Origin: Amoebophrya sp. A120
Lineage: Eukaryota; Protista; Dinoflagellata
DNA length: 64,000 bases
Direction: 5' to 3'
Assembly (NCBI GenBank): GCA_905178155.1
Contig: CAJINV010000005.1
Coordinates: 3,403,716 to 3,467,715 of the forward strand
The notes below the pieces were generated by a model. The model saw nothing but the letters and a program-made list of their open reading frames with translations. It ran no database searches and was not told where the DNA came from. The translations under genes were made by a program, and so were the position numbers. Of the stretch, positions 9,632 to 22,971 are shown in pieces. Position 1 is the first letter of the stretch, and each line of letters opens with the position of its first letter.

Positions 9632-12600
9632 TCAATAAGGCATGAATCCAGGTGGCGGATGAGGTGCCGGGCCCCCACTTCCGCCGGGAAACATGTTGTA
9701 GCCATACGGCAACGGCGCACCTGTTGACGAGTACTGCTGGTATTGTTGATTCTCATTCTGATTTATTGCCCCCGCCCGCGGCGCACTGTGTACTACTAGG
9801 TTCGTCCCCTGCTGATAGTGCTGGGGATGATTCGCGTGGTTCGCGTATTGCGGTGTCGTTTGTGTCTGAAAGTCCGGGGTATCGAAGCGGTTGAAGGTCG
9901 CGTTGTTGTGCGCCGGCGCCGTTGTTGTCCCAGCAGGCCCCAGCCCGACGTGAAAGGGGTTTACATTCGTGTTGCTCGCACTGTTGCTGTAAAGCATGTT
10001 TGACGTCGTACTTGCCCCCCCGGCCACCCCCGGCGGCCCTGCACTCGAGGACGACGAACCACCGCCAGGAGCTTGATATTGAAATTGTTGCTGTTGCTGT
10101 TGTGGTTGTCCGCCTGCTGCTCCTCCGCTTCCTGTTGGGACAAAAGAACTCGCAGCACCCGGATTGGCGTTCCACAAGGGTCCGCTGTTCAGCCGTGCGT
10201 TTTGTTCCTCGTGCGCCTCCCTTCTCTTCTCCAGCTCCTTCTCCCGTGCCTCCTCCTCCTTCGCCTTTTTTGCCTCCCGCTTCTTCGCAATCGCCCTTTG
10301 CACGTACGCGTCGTGTTCGCACGCCCTGAATTCCTTGTCCCACTTTTCCTTCATCTTGTGGTAGTGCTCCTGCCCGATGTTTTTGTGCAGCCAGGTCTTC
10401 ACGTAGGCCCCGGGAAGTTCGATGTTCTTCCGTCCCATGTACTCCAGGATCCGCAGACCGACCGGCTTCAATAGCCTCGACATTTCGGACTCGTCGCTGT
10501 CGTACTCGTCGTCCTTTTTCTTCGCGAAGGCCGCACTGCTCGCGCCGGAGCGCTTCCCCCCGCGGCCCTTGCCCTTCTGCGTTATTTGTTCCCGGTCTTT
10601 TTCCTCATGTCTGCGCTGGTTGATTTTGTCCTGCAGTTTTGATTGATCTGTGCCTTTCGGGTCCTGCTTCCGGTGCATGTTTTTTTCCTTCAAAAAGGCG
10701 ATGTATTTCTCCTCTTCCGCGGGCTTGGTAAGTTGCAACGCCTCCCACAGCGGATTTACCAACACCAGTCCCGTTTCTTGCTCCCGCCTCTTCTGGTGCT
10801 TTGTTTTGAACTCTTCCGACCGGTAGCTGGAGATCAAAGCCTGCGTCTCCCCCGTGCTTGTTTCCCCGAAAATAGCTTCTTGCTCGAAAAGCTCGTACGC
10901 CCGGTCGAAGAACCACTGCAGGGTTGGGTGCGTGCGGAGGAGCTCGTGGCACTTCGCGCCGCGCTATCAAGTGTAAAAGTGTCTGGGTCTGGAAGGATGT
11001 GAACTTGTGATGCGCATTTCATAACACAGACAAATCTCTCATGCATCTTTGCAAAAGGTGCCCATATGTTGTCCCCAAAATGGGGGATTTGTCATGCGGA
11101 TTAAGCAATGCGGAAGCTTCTCGAAATCTGTGATGCTAGGGCTTCCATGACAGACATTTTGTGTCATGCAAAAACAGCATGACAAAAATCTGCATTCTTC
11201 CAGACCCAGACATCTTTACATTTGATACGCGCACGCCGTGGGGAAACTTCTCCACCGGCTTCGCGAATTCCTCCTTCAGGTTGTCTCTCGTCACGCACTG
11301 CTTGTAGTAGTTTTTCAGAATCTCCAAAATTTCGTCGTCCGGAATCAAATCCTGCCGGCAATCCACCCATTTCATAAACTCGCCGTCGGGCTTCAAAGGC
11401 TTGATCGCGTGCAGATGCGCTGTGTGCGGGTGGGGTAACGCCTGGGCCTTCACCTCCCGAGAGGCAATGGCGCTCTGCTCTTTCTTCTCGTGCTGTTTTC
11501 GCACGATCTCGGAGAACGTGTCTTGATTTGGCTGCTCGGGGGACGAGCTCGCGCCGGTAGAATTTTTCGGGTTCCTCGCTTGTTGTTGATTTTGATGGCT
11601 TACTGTTCCGGTTGGTACTTGATTAGGATTTTTTGGATTTCCCCTGTCTTTGCTGTTATTTTTCCCTTGATGTTCCTCTTGAGCAGCTGCACGCATCTCC
11701 CTTCGCCTTGCTCTCTTCTGCGCCTTTGTAAGACGCTTTCCCTTCATCTGGCTTGCGTTCATTTCGGCAAGATTATCCACTTGCTGTTGCTTCGTTCCCC
11801 CACCATTAGTTGTACTTTGTGCAGCTGCCTCACCTGAAGATGCTCCGCTCCCGAACGCGTTGTAGATACCCGCGCCGTGAGGTCGTTGTACTTGCTGTTG
11901 CTGCTTGTTTTGTTCTTGCCCGCCCCCCCGAGCAGTAGTAGATGATGTTGCACCAGGTCGTTTATTCATGCGTTTTTTATTTCCATCTCGAGCAAGGTGT
12001 GCAACGGCGTCGTCGTCACTATCATCCTCGTCCCCGAGCAATGCAACTTGGTCGGCCAGTTCGAATTGGTTCTTTCCTAGGTTCGCATCCATTTCGTCCT
12101 CCGACGAATTCGAATTATTGCTGTCATCATCTTGACCATCTTGCTCCCCGTCGCCATCAGCAGCTCTCCTTATCGCAGCCGCGTCCGTCCAACTCTTCCC
12201 CATTGCAGCTAGTGTCTCTCCCTCTTTCCTAAAAGCGGCACTGCTACCAGCACCACGACCACTCTTCTTCTTGATACTATCTCCCTCGAACAACGATCCC
12301 TGCCCCGCTTTGAAAGAGGAGCCGAGAGCTCTCTCTTCTTCCAATAGTTCGTTTTTCATCTGCTCTCTTTCCCGGAACCAGTCGGATTTTTCCTGCTTCC
12401 CCCGTCTTTCCCTTTTCAGCTGCAGCAACGTCTGCTCTTCCATGGTGGAGATTCCCTGTTTGCACTGGATCATCATCGTGTCTAGGTCATCCGTCCGCCC
12501 AATGCCCATGCCCACGTAATCCAGCTCATTCGGGTACTTCGCCTTGTACTCCTGCAAGTCTTCCAGTACTTGCGCCCGTACCCGCGCCGCGCCCTCGTGC

Positions 12601-14225
12601 CAAATCCCGAACTTTGGGTCGCACCGCGGCCCCTTGGGGGCCGGGAGCTGCTCGAGCACGTCCCAGGCAAGGGGCTTGCCCAGGGTCTCCCAGCCGGGAA
12701 AGGTGCCGTGGCGGGAGACGTATTTCGTTTTCCCCGTTTGTCTGTCGGTTTGTTTGATTGCGGTGGTTTTGCCCGAAAACTCTCGGATGTACTGCTCGTC
12801 TGGCGTTGTCACGCTGTTGTAAAGAGTGCGGTGTGGTTGTGGAGCTGGAGGTGCAAGTATTTTACCTTGGTTAGTATTTTTCGTAGGTTGTCCTTGTCCT
12901 CCGATGGGCGGAGGAGGGGGCATCATGTTAAGATTCTTGGCCGCCGCATTTTTTGCAGCACTCGACGAAGAAGTAGAGGACGAGAACAACCCCGAAGCCG
13001 CCGCGGCGCTGCGTGCTTGATCGAGGTACTTCTGGCGATTTATCACCGTCTCGGCCGCCAATTTCGCATTTTTCAATTTTTTCCTCTCGTTGTTGCTCAA
13101 GCCTGGCTGTTGTAATTTCAGATCAATCAACTCTGGCGCAGCGGCGCGCAGGGTCTGCGAGTTCCGGATAGTGCCGTTTACAACTTTCTCTCTTGCTTGC
13201 AGTTGCCGTCGTTGCTCTTCGTCCTTGCGTGTTTTCTCTTCTGCCTTCTGCTGTAATTCCGCATGGCCGTCGCCTCGGACGATGCGCATGCCAAATTCGT
13301 CCTCGACGAGGCTGGATTTGTTTTTGTTCTGTTCCTGTTTCCTCCGTTTTGCAGCTTGATTCATCTGATGATCATATGGCTGGAAGGAAGAACTTGAAGC
13401 CGCAGTCGCGCCGGGAGGTGCACTACCACCGCCATGAGGAGGATATTCTTCCTGCAACCCCTGCAGGTCCGCAAAACCAACTGCAGTTCCAGCCGGCCTC
13501 TTGTTCTTCTGGTTCTGGCTTTGCGCTTGCTTTGCTGATTTTCCATTTTGCGCATTAAGATCTCGACCCCCACTGCCTGCTGTAGTCCCCGCAGCTGCAG
13601 CTCCCGCGGCCGCGCCTCGCCCTCGGTTTCGCTGCGAGTTCGCTTGAAAAGCGTTTCTTAAGTTGCTTGACGAGGAAGCGGCTTGTTGCTGCTCGCCCCC
13701 CTGCTGCCCCTGCATCGCTCCTGTCGGCACAAACCCACTGACCGGGGTCTGCGGTACCGGGAACCCGGCGGGAAGGTTTCGTTGTGACCCGAGGTTCTTC
13801 TGGATTTGCGTCATGTTCATGCGGAGATTTTGCTCTGTACTCCGCTGGGTCGGGATGTTTGTGAGATTCGGGTTGTTGCGCTGATTGTTCTCGTAGTTTT
13901 GTTGCAGCTGGCGCTGGCTGTACAGAATTTGGTGATCATAACCTCCTCCTGCTCCCGCTGTCGTATTAGGATTGTTCATGTTTACCTGCTGGTGCTGTTG
14001 GATCCCAATTTGTTGGTGCAGCTGATTCGTCATGGCAATGGTGTTGTTCACCTGCTGCTGCATCTGCAGCCACGCACCGTACAGCTCCTGCTGCGTGGGC
14101 TGTCTGCTCGGGTCCAGAATCACAGGCTGCGGGGGCATTGGCATGGTGGGCGGCGGGAAGTTCGGGCTGTTTCCCTTCCCGGGTTGCTGTTGATTGTTGA
14201 AGGGAAACATGTTTTTTTTTGACAA
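9632..14225 (-). CDS. Large Q/N-rich hypothetical protein, 2 exons
   Basis: The 1029-aa and 401-aa ORFs join in frame (FPHGVRGAKCHELL...ISSYRSEEF) after removal of the 10965-11227 element. Confidence 0.75.
10965..11227. mobile_element. Introner family A
   Basis: About 35-bp TIR TATCAAGTGTAAAAGTGTCTGGGTCTGGAAG / CTTCCAGACCCAGACATCTTTACATTTGATA; perfect 5-bp direct repeat CGCGC. Confidence 0.9.
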
Positions 14226-15104
14226 TGGGACAGGTTTCTAAATATTTCTGGTTGCGTGGAGGCGGGTCGGGAAACAAGACAAAGACTACAACATACAATG
14301 AGTAGAAATCAAACGGTTGGATGTGAAGCGAAGGGGTGGTACGTAAATTCAAAAAAACAAAAAATCTTTCTAAAAACAAAAGCGAACTTTCGAAAATTCA
14401 AACCCTGATGCGAGAAAGGCAATAAATCGGCGACCTAGATGAAGAAGTCTTCGAAGACATCAACATATAAATCTAGCGTATAAAAGATAAAGAGGCACCG
14501 GGGGAGACTTGCGACATAGGGATCAACTTCTCGACCAATTATACGACAAGTTGCATTAATTGCGTGACGGTGAAGGAACTGAGTTAGTACTATTGCCACG
14601 CTCGATCCAGAACCACGAGCTGGAGATAGCGTCGCAAGGACGATGATCTGTCTCAGTTGGTAGATCGGTTGAACACCAGATCGAGTAGCCGTGCGGGAGC
14701 AATAGCGCTCTTGGTGCAGCATCACACAAAATCGTTCGTGTGTGTGCTCTTCGTGAAGGACTTGAAAATTCCAATCTGATAAATATAAGCAATAAATTAG
14801 TTAAAACTTCTTGTCCTCTACTGGGTCAGAGAAGTTGTTGCGTTGCGTTTAGTGTACTCGGAAACCTCCAGTTCTTTGGCCTCAAACAACATCTTGGATG
14901 CGTGGGTGCAGCTGGTGGTGCACGTGGGTCGCACATCATCGCAAATAATCAGATAATTTCATTTCAAACTTCAGCGGCAAATAATGGACATTTTTATGGT
15001 GACACTTTTTCGACGAGGAAAGGCATTTATTTCGTGTTTTTTTACCAAGTGTTGAAATGAAACTATTGAATCTGCCGCCGACGTCCTGTCGCACGCCCAC
15101 CTGC

Positions 15105-17212
15105 TTACTTCTTCGCGTTGTGCATGATGTGAAGGATGTCACCGTCTTTGACCACGTACTGCTTTCCCTCCATCTTGTACTTACCAGCCGCTTTCACACC
15201 CGCCATAGACGCCTTTCGGCCCTCCTCCTGGCTTGCAAGGAAATCGTCGTACGTGCAAGTCTCCGCCTTGATAAAGCACCGCTCCATATCGGTATGGATC
15301 GCGCCGGCGCAGTTCGGGGCGGTCGCGCCCTTGTAAACCTGATAGATAAAAAATAATGTAAATGAAGTAAAACACGATCACAGTTTTTACTCTGCAAAGG
15401 AAAAGGGCGATATTATGGCGCACGACGTACAAGAACTCCTATCAGCATTTCTTGCGCATGATCTTCACGACAAAGAGGACGACTCTTGGTACCGTCCATG
15501 CCCGCACTTCGTCTTCGCCACAGGTGAAAAAGTACATCAAGTTCAGCTCTGAGTAACCGGTTTTGATAATCTTGTCCAGTTGGGAGTCCGTGTTCCCCTC
15601 TTCAGCCTTCAGGGCGGCAAGAGTTTCCGGGTTGTCTTTGGCATCGAAGAGCTGCTGTTCGAAGTCGACAGAAATCGGAATCATGGTACCCCCGCCGTGC
15701 TCGTTAATCCAGTTAAACACTTTTGGGAGCCTGTTTTGATATTCAAAGGCAGTTCTTTCTGTGTGTCTTACATTGTTAGTTTCTCATGCAAAGTGCTTTT
15801 TGAAATGCAATGTAGAAGTGGGATGCCCGTAACGCACTCGCACACGACACCTCCACATAAAATACAGGCCGTATTCTTATTCAGTAAGACTAGACAACGG
15901 AACTGAAGACAGTATCATGGATCATCTTTTAATACCACTTGCTCTTCTTGGTCTTGTAGCCCTTTTCACTCAGGTTCAAAAGGTAGACCACCGGCTTGGT
16001 TGTGATTAGGGTCGGCAAAAATTCGTTGATTTTTTCCACTTCATACGGCGTCCAGGTTTGCTTGGAAAGCAACATGTTCTTCTGCAAGTAGTCTTTCACT
16101 TTGTCCATGCAAGCGGTCCACTCCTCTGGAATCTTCTTTTGGGCCCGCTTCTGGGCAACGACGTAGGCGTCGATAATGCGGTCGTAGGTGCTGATAGAGA
16201 TTCGGAGTTGTTCAATTTGAATTTTCATTCGTTTGAAGACCATGCATGAAAAGCGCTTTGCATCATATCTTCAGTGACATCTGACATTCGTCGTGTAGTT
16301 TGTGAAGATGCGTAGTAAACAACCTATTGAACAACTACAAGCCAAACTCTGCGATGCAAGAAAGCCAAAAGATTATTATACGCCAAGTCCTTTTGGCACA
16401 ATTCGAAAGTGATGGTTTCGAGATCCCGGACGGGGTCAACGCTGTCATCGACGTGGGTCACATCGGGATCCTCAAAAAGTCGGATCATGTGGTAGATACC
16501 TGGGAGTGTGTATTGCTGAAAATACGTAATATCGCAATTGCAGTTTACTCAAGGCGAAAGTGAATGTGATTCTACTTAGTGGTCTTCGTCTTACAACTGA
16601 GTATGCCATGCATGATAGAAAAGCATAGTCCAGATTCGGAGGTAGGCGCATGATAAAAATTAACGCATCAATACCATCCACCGCCTGGATGTGTGATAAG
16701 AAATCGTTCCCGAGCCCTGCACCCTCGTGTGCCCCTCTGACCAAGCCAGCGATGTCGGTGATATTCAGGTACGCTGGGACAATGGATTTCGGCTTCCACA
16801 TGTCAACGAGCTTCTCGAATCTGCGTTGAGGGTGACAGAAATGTTAGTTTGTTTTGCATATGACGAGATGCATTTTTTTATCTACTTCATGCTGGAAATC
16901 ACAGACACTATGCAAGAACTTTTGGTCATCCTCATCTCCCACAACGTGATCCACTGCCTCGTCCGCAGCACGACTTATCGTATTAAAAAGCACTTACCTT
17001 GGGTCCGGCACCTTACACCTGCCTTCGTTCGGCTTGATGGTGCAAAAGGGAAAGTTTGCTGCTTCCGCCGCTTGTTTGGTGAGAAGGTTGAAAAAGGAGG
17101 ACTTTCCCACGTTCGGCAAGCCAACAATACCCATCTTCAGATTCGCCTTCGTGCGCCCGAACCGCAGTTCGACGGAGTACGCCGGCTTCTCATCCTTCTT
17201 CTTGGGCGCCAT
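15105..17212 (-). CDS. OLA1: Obg-like ATPase 1 (YchF/OLA1), 6 exons
   Basis: [68 protein letters not shown]. All five introns read GT-AG. Confidence 0.95.
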
Positions 17213-18068
17213 GCTGTTGCGGTTCGTTTAGAATTTCTACGTAAAAAAGTTCAGATGTTGCTAGGAAAAGTTGAAACTCTAAAAATTAGGTGTTGTCTTA
17301 CGCAGCTGAAAACATGCGCCACAAGTAATAGGAACTGGAAATAAAAAAGTTGTCGCTGGTTCCCTGATAAGTCGTGGGGTGAAGGTAAGTAAGTGAAGTT
17401 GCCTTTGTGCGAAACATTTCCATCAAATAAAGTGAAAGAACTCGTCAAGAACATGAAATTAGATCCCTCGTAGTAGTAAGGCACAGCGCGTGGTAAGAAG
17501 TATGACATCTTCAAATGAGGAAGATCATGTTTTTTTTGGTTCCAGGAAATTATGATGTCGACGAGGTTGTTGTACCACGACCGGCTTCAGATCCTTTTTT
17601 CTAGAGCTTCAAGGTCAGAAGGAGATCCAAGCTGCAGTAGGTGCGACAAAAGTACTTTTCAAACAACGAGATCTTCATGATCGAATCATTATCGTATAGT
17701 ACTTCTGTTCTGAGTCGCCCTGCTGTATGCAAGGCTTTCCTGCTATAGAAGTTTCGACACATGAGCGAACATCGATCATTCCCCGTAAAAAGGAGGCAAG
17801 CAGCTGCACGTCCGCTAGGCACTTCCACCACAATCCGCAGTGGCCTGGCATTCCTTTATTGCGATGCTTTGATGATAGTAGTCATCAAATACGAACAGTC
17901 AGCGTCAGCTGCATCAAACAGCGATTTTTTTTTTGCAAGCGAAAGCTAGAGCAAGGCCATGTCAGGTCTCAATCCTTGGTGCAAGACAAAGCTGTTGTCA
18001 TGCAGCGAGGAGAGAACAAAGGAGGTCGATGTCTCGAGAGAGAAGCATCAGCACACCTCATCACAACT

Positions 18069-19579
18069 TTAGGCACTCGCTTTCTTCATAGCCATATTTT
18101 TTCTCTTCTTCAGTAGTGGCATGCTTTCCTTCTCAGCCGACTTTTTTCCGCCTTTTCTTCCAGCTGCCTTCTTTTCCATCTCTGCTGCAATGGTCTCCTT
18201 CTCCTCATCACTTGACTCCGCCGCTGTTGTGGCTGACGTTCTTGTTCTCTTGTTGCTCTTCTCACCAGCAGTTCCGCTCTTCGCGAATTCCTTTCCGACG
18301 ACCACAAACTCGTCCTCCTTCAATTCCCTTTCGTAAACCGGAAGGGAAATGCAGTCCGTCGCGGAAACGCAGGCGGACTTGACAGAAAGGTTAAACTTCT
18401 TCAAGTATGGTTGAGCCGCCTTGATCACCTGTCGTGTTTTGCATTTTTTTTTGATACAATTACAACGCGTAGATAAATTCCAGGAGAAGAAGTAGCACCA
18501 TCGGAGATCAATTGAGCACTACGTATGGTGTGCATAGGAATCGGGCGATCAAGATCATAGTCAAACAAGAAACAAACATCAATACCGCATTGCAATTCTC
18601 CGCTAGTTCTTCCGCCTTCATGTTACACCTTCCAATCTTTATTGCCATGTCCGGCCCGTTGGGAATGTTCAAAGTCGTGCAATTAAGCGCCTCCTTAATT
18701 CCCCCAACCGGGTCCTTCTTTTCGATCACCACCGGCCACGGCTTTTTGTTCGCGTGCTTGTAGAATGTTTTGCCGAGCTCTCTCGGCATGATCTCAATAA
18801 TCGACTTGTCGCAGAGGAAGAGGTCGTAGCTGCGCGCCAGCTCGCGCTTGTCCTGGAACTGCTTGAATTCCTTCTTCAACTTATCGACAGAAATCACTTT
18901 CTTCACCTGGGATTTTTGAGTGGGTTTTGTGTGCATGATGGGACGAGCACATGAATTGGTGTAACTGGAAAAGTACAGCTACAGGATGCGCTTTTCGATG
19001 TCTTGCTCTTTTCATGCGTGTCGTAGCAATACAAGAGGAACTACCATACCTTGTGATGCAAAACAAATATAAGGAAGAACAAACAATAAACAAATACCGC
19101 CTCGACGTTCTCTTCTTTGATCATGTTCTTCCACAATTTTCGCTTTTTTTCGTGAAATTTCTTCTCCCGATCTTCCAAGTCGTCCCGCACGAAAACGCAA
19201 ACATCGGAGGATGTATAGCTGTTTTGATAATTTCAAAAGTTTTGCGAAATTTATCATGCGATGAACTGTACGAAACAAAACATGGCTCTGGCAAATGTAA
19301 CGCTACTCAGTACAACATCATACAAATTCACGGTATCAGTATGGGGTCATCAAAATCTGTCATGCAAAATCAAAAGGCAAATTACAATGGGTGCGGCAGC
19401 GTGATCCTTTGTGGTTTGTGCACCGCCTTGGCTGGTATTTCCGTCAGGGAGAATTTCAGCAAAGCCGTCTCGGTATTCTCGTCGAAGAGCTGGTTTTTAT
19501 TCTGCTCTTGATTCCTCTGCTTCACAAACTCCAACAGGCCCTTGCAGGCGCCAGTGACAACCGCCTGGTCGACTTTCAT
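18069..19579 (-). CDS. RSL1D1: Ribosomal L1 domain-containing protein (RSL1D1/Utp30-like)
   Basis: KPQRITLPHP, DVCVFVRD, KVISVDKLKKEFKQFQDKRELARSYDLFLCD, LGKTFY, IKIG, SLPVY, and a lysine-rich tail. Confidence 0.85.
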
Positions 19580-20489
19580 TTTTAGATATTAGCCTAGAAA
19601 AAAAGGAAGTGAGGAATTAAATTTGCAGTGAAAGTAGGCGAAGACGAAATTGTCGTGATGTCGTGTGGGAAATCAAGGAAAGCGTGAAAACGAGTTCTGC
19701 ATTAGACTTGGGATATTAGAGACTCGATCTCTGAAGTAATGCACACTGTTAGCGTATCAGAAAGTGCACTAAAAAGTACTAGAACTCGATGAATAGTCTG
19801 TGCCTGGTAGAAAGATGCAGATTTATGTGCGATCACAGTTCTTGTTGCTACAGAAATATGACCACTTAGAAGACGACAGAAGCAGCATTTATCTTGCAGC
19901 TCTCGTCGCGAGTCGAGCGAGCACAGGTGATCCCAAAACTTACTTTCTTGTTGAACCATTCTATGGACCATGCAATCGGTGTTGTCATCGTGAGCTTCGT
20001 GATCCTGATCTCGTGTAAAACATTCTTGTGATCCTTTTTTCGTCGGTGGCAGTACGTGCTTCACGATCCTCGGGAAAATCCTGGCATTTCCTATAAGGGA
20101 TTGATCTTCCGAACTCGAGGCTTAGTAAGTCAGATCTTTGCAGATCTTCTTCTTCATGATAATCCGACATTTTATTCATGATCGTTTTTTCTTGCTGATA
20201 TCTACCTTCTTCACTTAGCAAAGATTCCTGCGAAATCAGCGGTCTATGTGACAGGTTACCGCCCACCGCCTGCGGGGGCTGTTGTAACTACGTAACTACT
20301 TTTTGTGGTACGACGTGGAGGTCCAGCCCATCGCGTGGTGGTGAATGAAACTTATTCGCCTCGTTTGCCCCTTGCCAGTGCGGTAACGAAAGCAAATGCA
20401 AATACTTACATGATGACAAGAGATGGTTTTATTTACTTCTTCTCCGATTTTCAAGATGATTGAATTTGAAGGTGAAACAACTGTACTAT

Positions 20490-22202
20490 TCAGAGGTCAT
20501 CATGCGAGTTACTACTCGTTCTGCGCTGCCCCTGCTTCTTTACATTTTCGCAAATTTCCTGAAATTCGATTGCCTCCTCTACATACTCCTTCAGCAAAAC
20601 TAACTGCTTCTTCCTCGACGACACTCCGGGGAGCATTGCCGTCTCAATCGTGGCGCTCTTATTTTTACTCTTATCAGCATCTTCACTTTTCCTATCATTT
20701 TCCTGTCGGCTTTGCGTGATGATCACTTTCCCGGGCGGAAACGTGTTTCGCAAAATCTCCTTCTCCTCGTGAAATGACTCAGGTAAGAGCATCGTTGATC
20801 CCTTCCGGTCCGGATGGATGGAGACGAGGAAGAAGAAGTAGAAAGTCGGGCTTTTCGGATCCAGTTTCTCTATATTTTTCTTCGCGCTTTCCATACTCTT
20901 CGCCAACTGTGCCGTCCCCTCGTCGTGCAAGATTTTCTGCAGCGTCGCGGTATCCAGAAATTCCGCGACTCCGATGTGCACGTTGCAACTCCCCGCAGTG
21001 AAGAGCTTCGCGTCTTTTTCGAGGAGTTTGTCAAAGGAGAGAGCGGCTAATTCTGCGTCTTTCGCGGTTGCCATTTCTAGCCACATTTTGTTCTGGTTGT
21101 TCGGGGAAAGGCTCAGGAAGGCGTTGATAACACTCACCGTCTTCCGGTCGACATCCGTTGTGGTAGGAGAGGTCAAGTTCACCGTGTCAGAAAGAATAGC
21201 GTAAAGAATCAAGCGGAGAATGGTTTTCGGGATGAGGCTTAGCAGGTCCTTTGTGCGCTCCTTCTGCATGATGATGTTTTCATCTTCACCGACCTGGTGC
21301 TGCTGCTGCGCTACTGATGGCGAGGACGCAGCGGCTGCACTATCGGAGTTCTCTTCTGCTGGATTTGTCTTCGCAGCTGCTCCAGCTGCAACAGCACCAG
21401 CAGCCTCCTGTTCCTTCTTTAAAACCGCTTCTAAGTACGTCGTGTTCATTTTCTGAAAAAGCAACGTCGCCGTGGAGCCCACTTGCATGTACTCGACCAT
21501 GTTGGATGCAATTGCTGCGCTGCTGTCGATTTTGTGGTGGTCAAAAATTGCAACGACGTCGGCCAGTCCCTGCTGCACTGCCACCGGTCGCTGCTTCTCC
21601 TCATTATGGTCTACCAGGACGACGCAGGGTTTCGTTCTGGGTTTAGTTCCCTCAGCTGTACGTTTTGCCACTTCGTCCGAAATGGCAGCAGGCGCGGCCG
21701 TGATGAACGCCAGTGCCAGTGGTTCAGCTCCGGTTGATCCACTTACTATTTTTCCCGCGTCGGTTGCGTTTGCCTGCTTCGAAGCTGCGTGCGCGTCTGC
21801 CAAAACCAGCTGAACGTCTTTGCCCAAGTCTTTTTCCGATGCCGGTAACGTCGCTACACCATTGTACATCCAGGCTGCGACCACAGCGGACGCGACCGTG
21901 TCCACGTCCGGTGCTTGGTGGCCGACAAAGAAACAGCCGGTGAGGGATTTGTTTTTTTCCTTTTCCCGTGCGGCGCGAAGCTCCGTCTGGAGCTGGTTTA
22001 GTTGGGTGGCACGGGCCGGTGTTGTACTAGCGGAGATTGAGGATGTGCTGCAAAGTAGATGAAGTGTCGTGACGAGCAATGCAGTCGTGTTACGCTGCAG
22101 TTTTGCGAGAGTTGGGGAAGGTGTCGTGCCAGCAATCATTGCCCTACCCGCCTCGGAAGCAGGCGGTAGACGACGACCTCTGGGTGGGAGATGCTGATCC
22201 AT
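20490..22202 (-). CDS. DHH-family Mn-dependent inorganic pyrophosphatase (family II, PpaC-like), intronless
   Basis: GHQAPDVDT, VLVDHNE, DHH, VGSTAT, AILSDT..LTSPTTT, GVSSRKKQ. Confidence 0.85.
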   Translation of the reverse strand: MDQHLPPRGRRLPPASEAGRAMIAGTTPSPTLAKLQRNTTALLVTTLHLLCSTSSISASTTPARATQLNQLQTELRAAREKEKNKSLTGCFFVGHQAPDVDTVASAVVAAWMYNGVATLPASEKDLGKDVQLVLADAHAASKQANATDAGKIVSGSTGAEPLALAFITAAPAAISDEVAKRTAEGTKPRTKPCVVLVDHNEEKQRPVAVQQGLADVVAIFDHHKIDSSAAIASNMVEYMQVGSTATLLFQKMNTTYLEAVLKKEQEAAGAVAAGAAAKTNPAEENSDSAAAASSPSVAQQQHQVGEDENIIMQKERTKDLLSLIPKTILRLILYAILSDTVNLTSPTTTDVDRKTVSVINAFLSLSPNNQNKMWLEMATAKDAELAALSFDKLLEKDAKLFTAGSCNVHIGVAEFLDTATLQKILHDEGTAQLAKSMESAKKNIEKLDPKSPTFYFFFLVSIHPDRKGSTMLLPESFHEEKEILRNTFPPGKVIITQSRQENDRKSEDADKSKNKSATIETAMLPGVSSRKKQLVLLKEYVEEAIEFQEICENVKKQGQRRTSSNSHDDL

Positions 22203-22971
22203 CTTCGTGGAAAATCAATATAAATCTTTGATAATTGCGTAAAGGACTGCGACTGCTTACTCTGGTCTCATAAACATTTCAATTTCTGAAGACACGCCAC
22301 GATGAAAGATTGATAGATAAACATGGATTAAAAATTATCTGGGGTTTGCGCACTACGAGTGCTACTGCTAGCTAGCTTGTCCTCGTCTCTACAACTGGCT
22401 TTGAATGGCAAGTCTCTCTAGCACCAGCAGGAGCAGCGCCAGGTAGTAGAATCGAAATCGATTCCTCCAGCATAGAAAGAAAAAATTGAAGTCTGCAGAT
22501 CTCCAGGACCGACATTGGTTAGTTTGGAGCAACAGATGTCCCACATTGCGATGTTGTTGGGTCTTCGCGGATTGAAACCGAGACAATAAACGGATCATGT
22601 CACCCGAAGCTGAGCTTCACCGACAAGAAAGAGGTGGAGTGGCTGGAGTTGATAGTGAAGTACCCGAGTCAGTGACACTTTGTCTTTCGCTTTCCTGCAT
22701 GACTACGGCAAAGCTACTACGTGTTCAAAGCCAAGCGTCGACTGATTGATTCTGGTGAAGCAGCAATCGTGGCATAAAATCAGTTTTTCCTTGGGCGAAA
22801 GAATTGGTTTGTTTTTTCCAAACATTGAAAAATTATGCGCGTGAGCGTGAGGGTTCGGTTTTTATTTTTTTCGTACCAGAAGCAGAAACAGTTGAAACTT
22901 TGTCAACACATAGACATACATTCGTCAATTCAACATCAATATCGAAATTGAGACACAAACGAGCTAATCGC

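Noticed and set aside
11136-14225. Genome-wide stop-codon reassignment, as reported for one Amoebophrya lineage
   Set aside because: Very long Gln-rich ORFs contain no TAA/TAG, and conserved genes end normally at TAA (OLA1) or TGA (TSR2).
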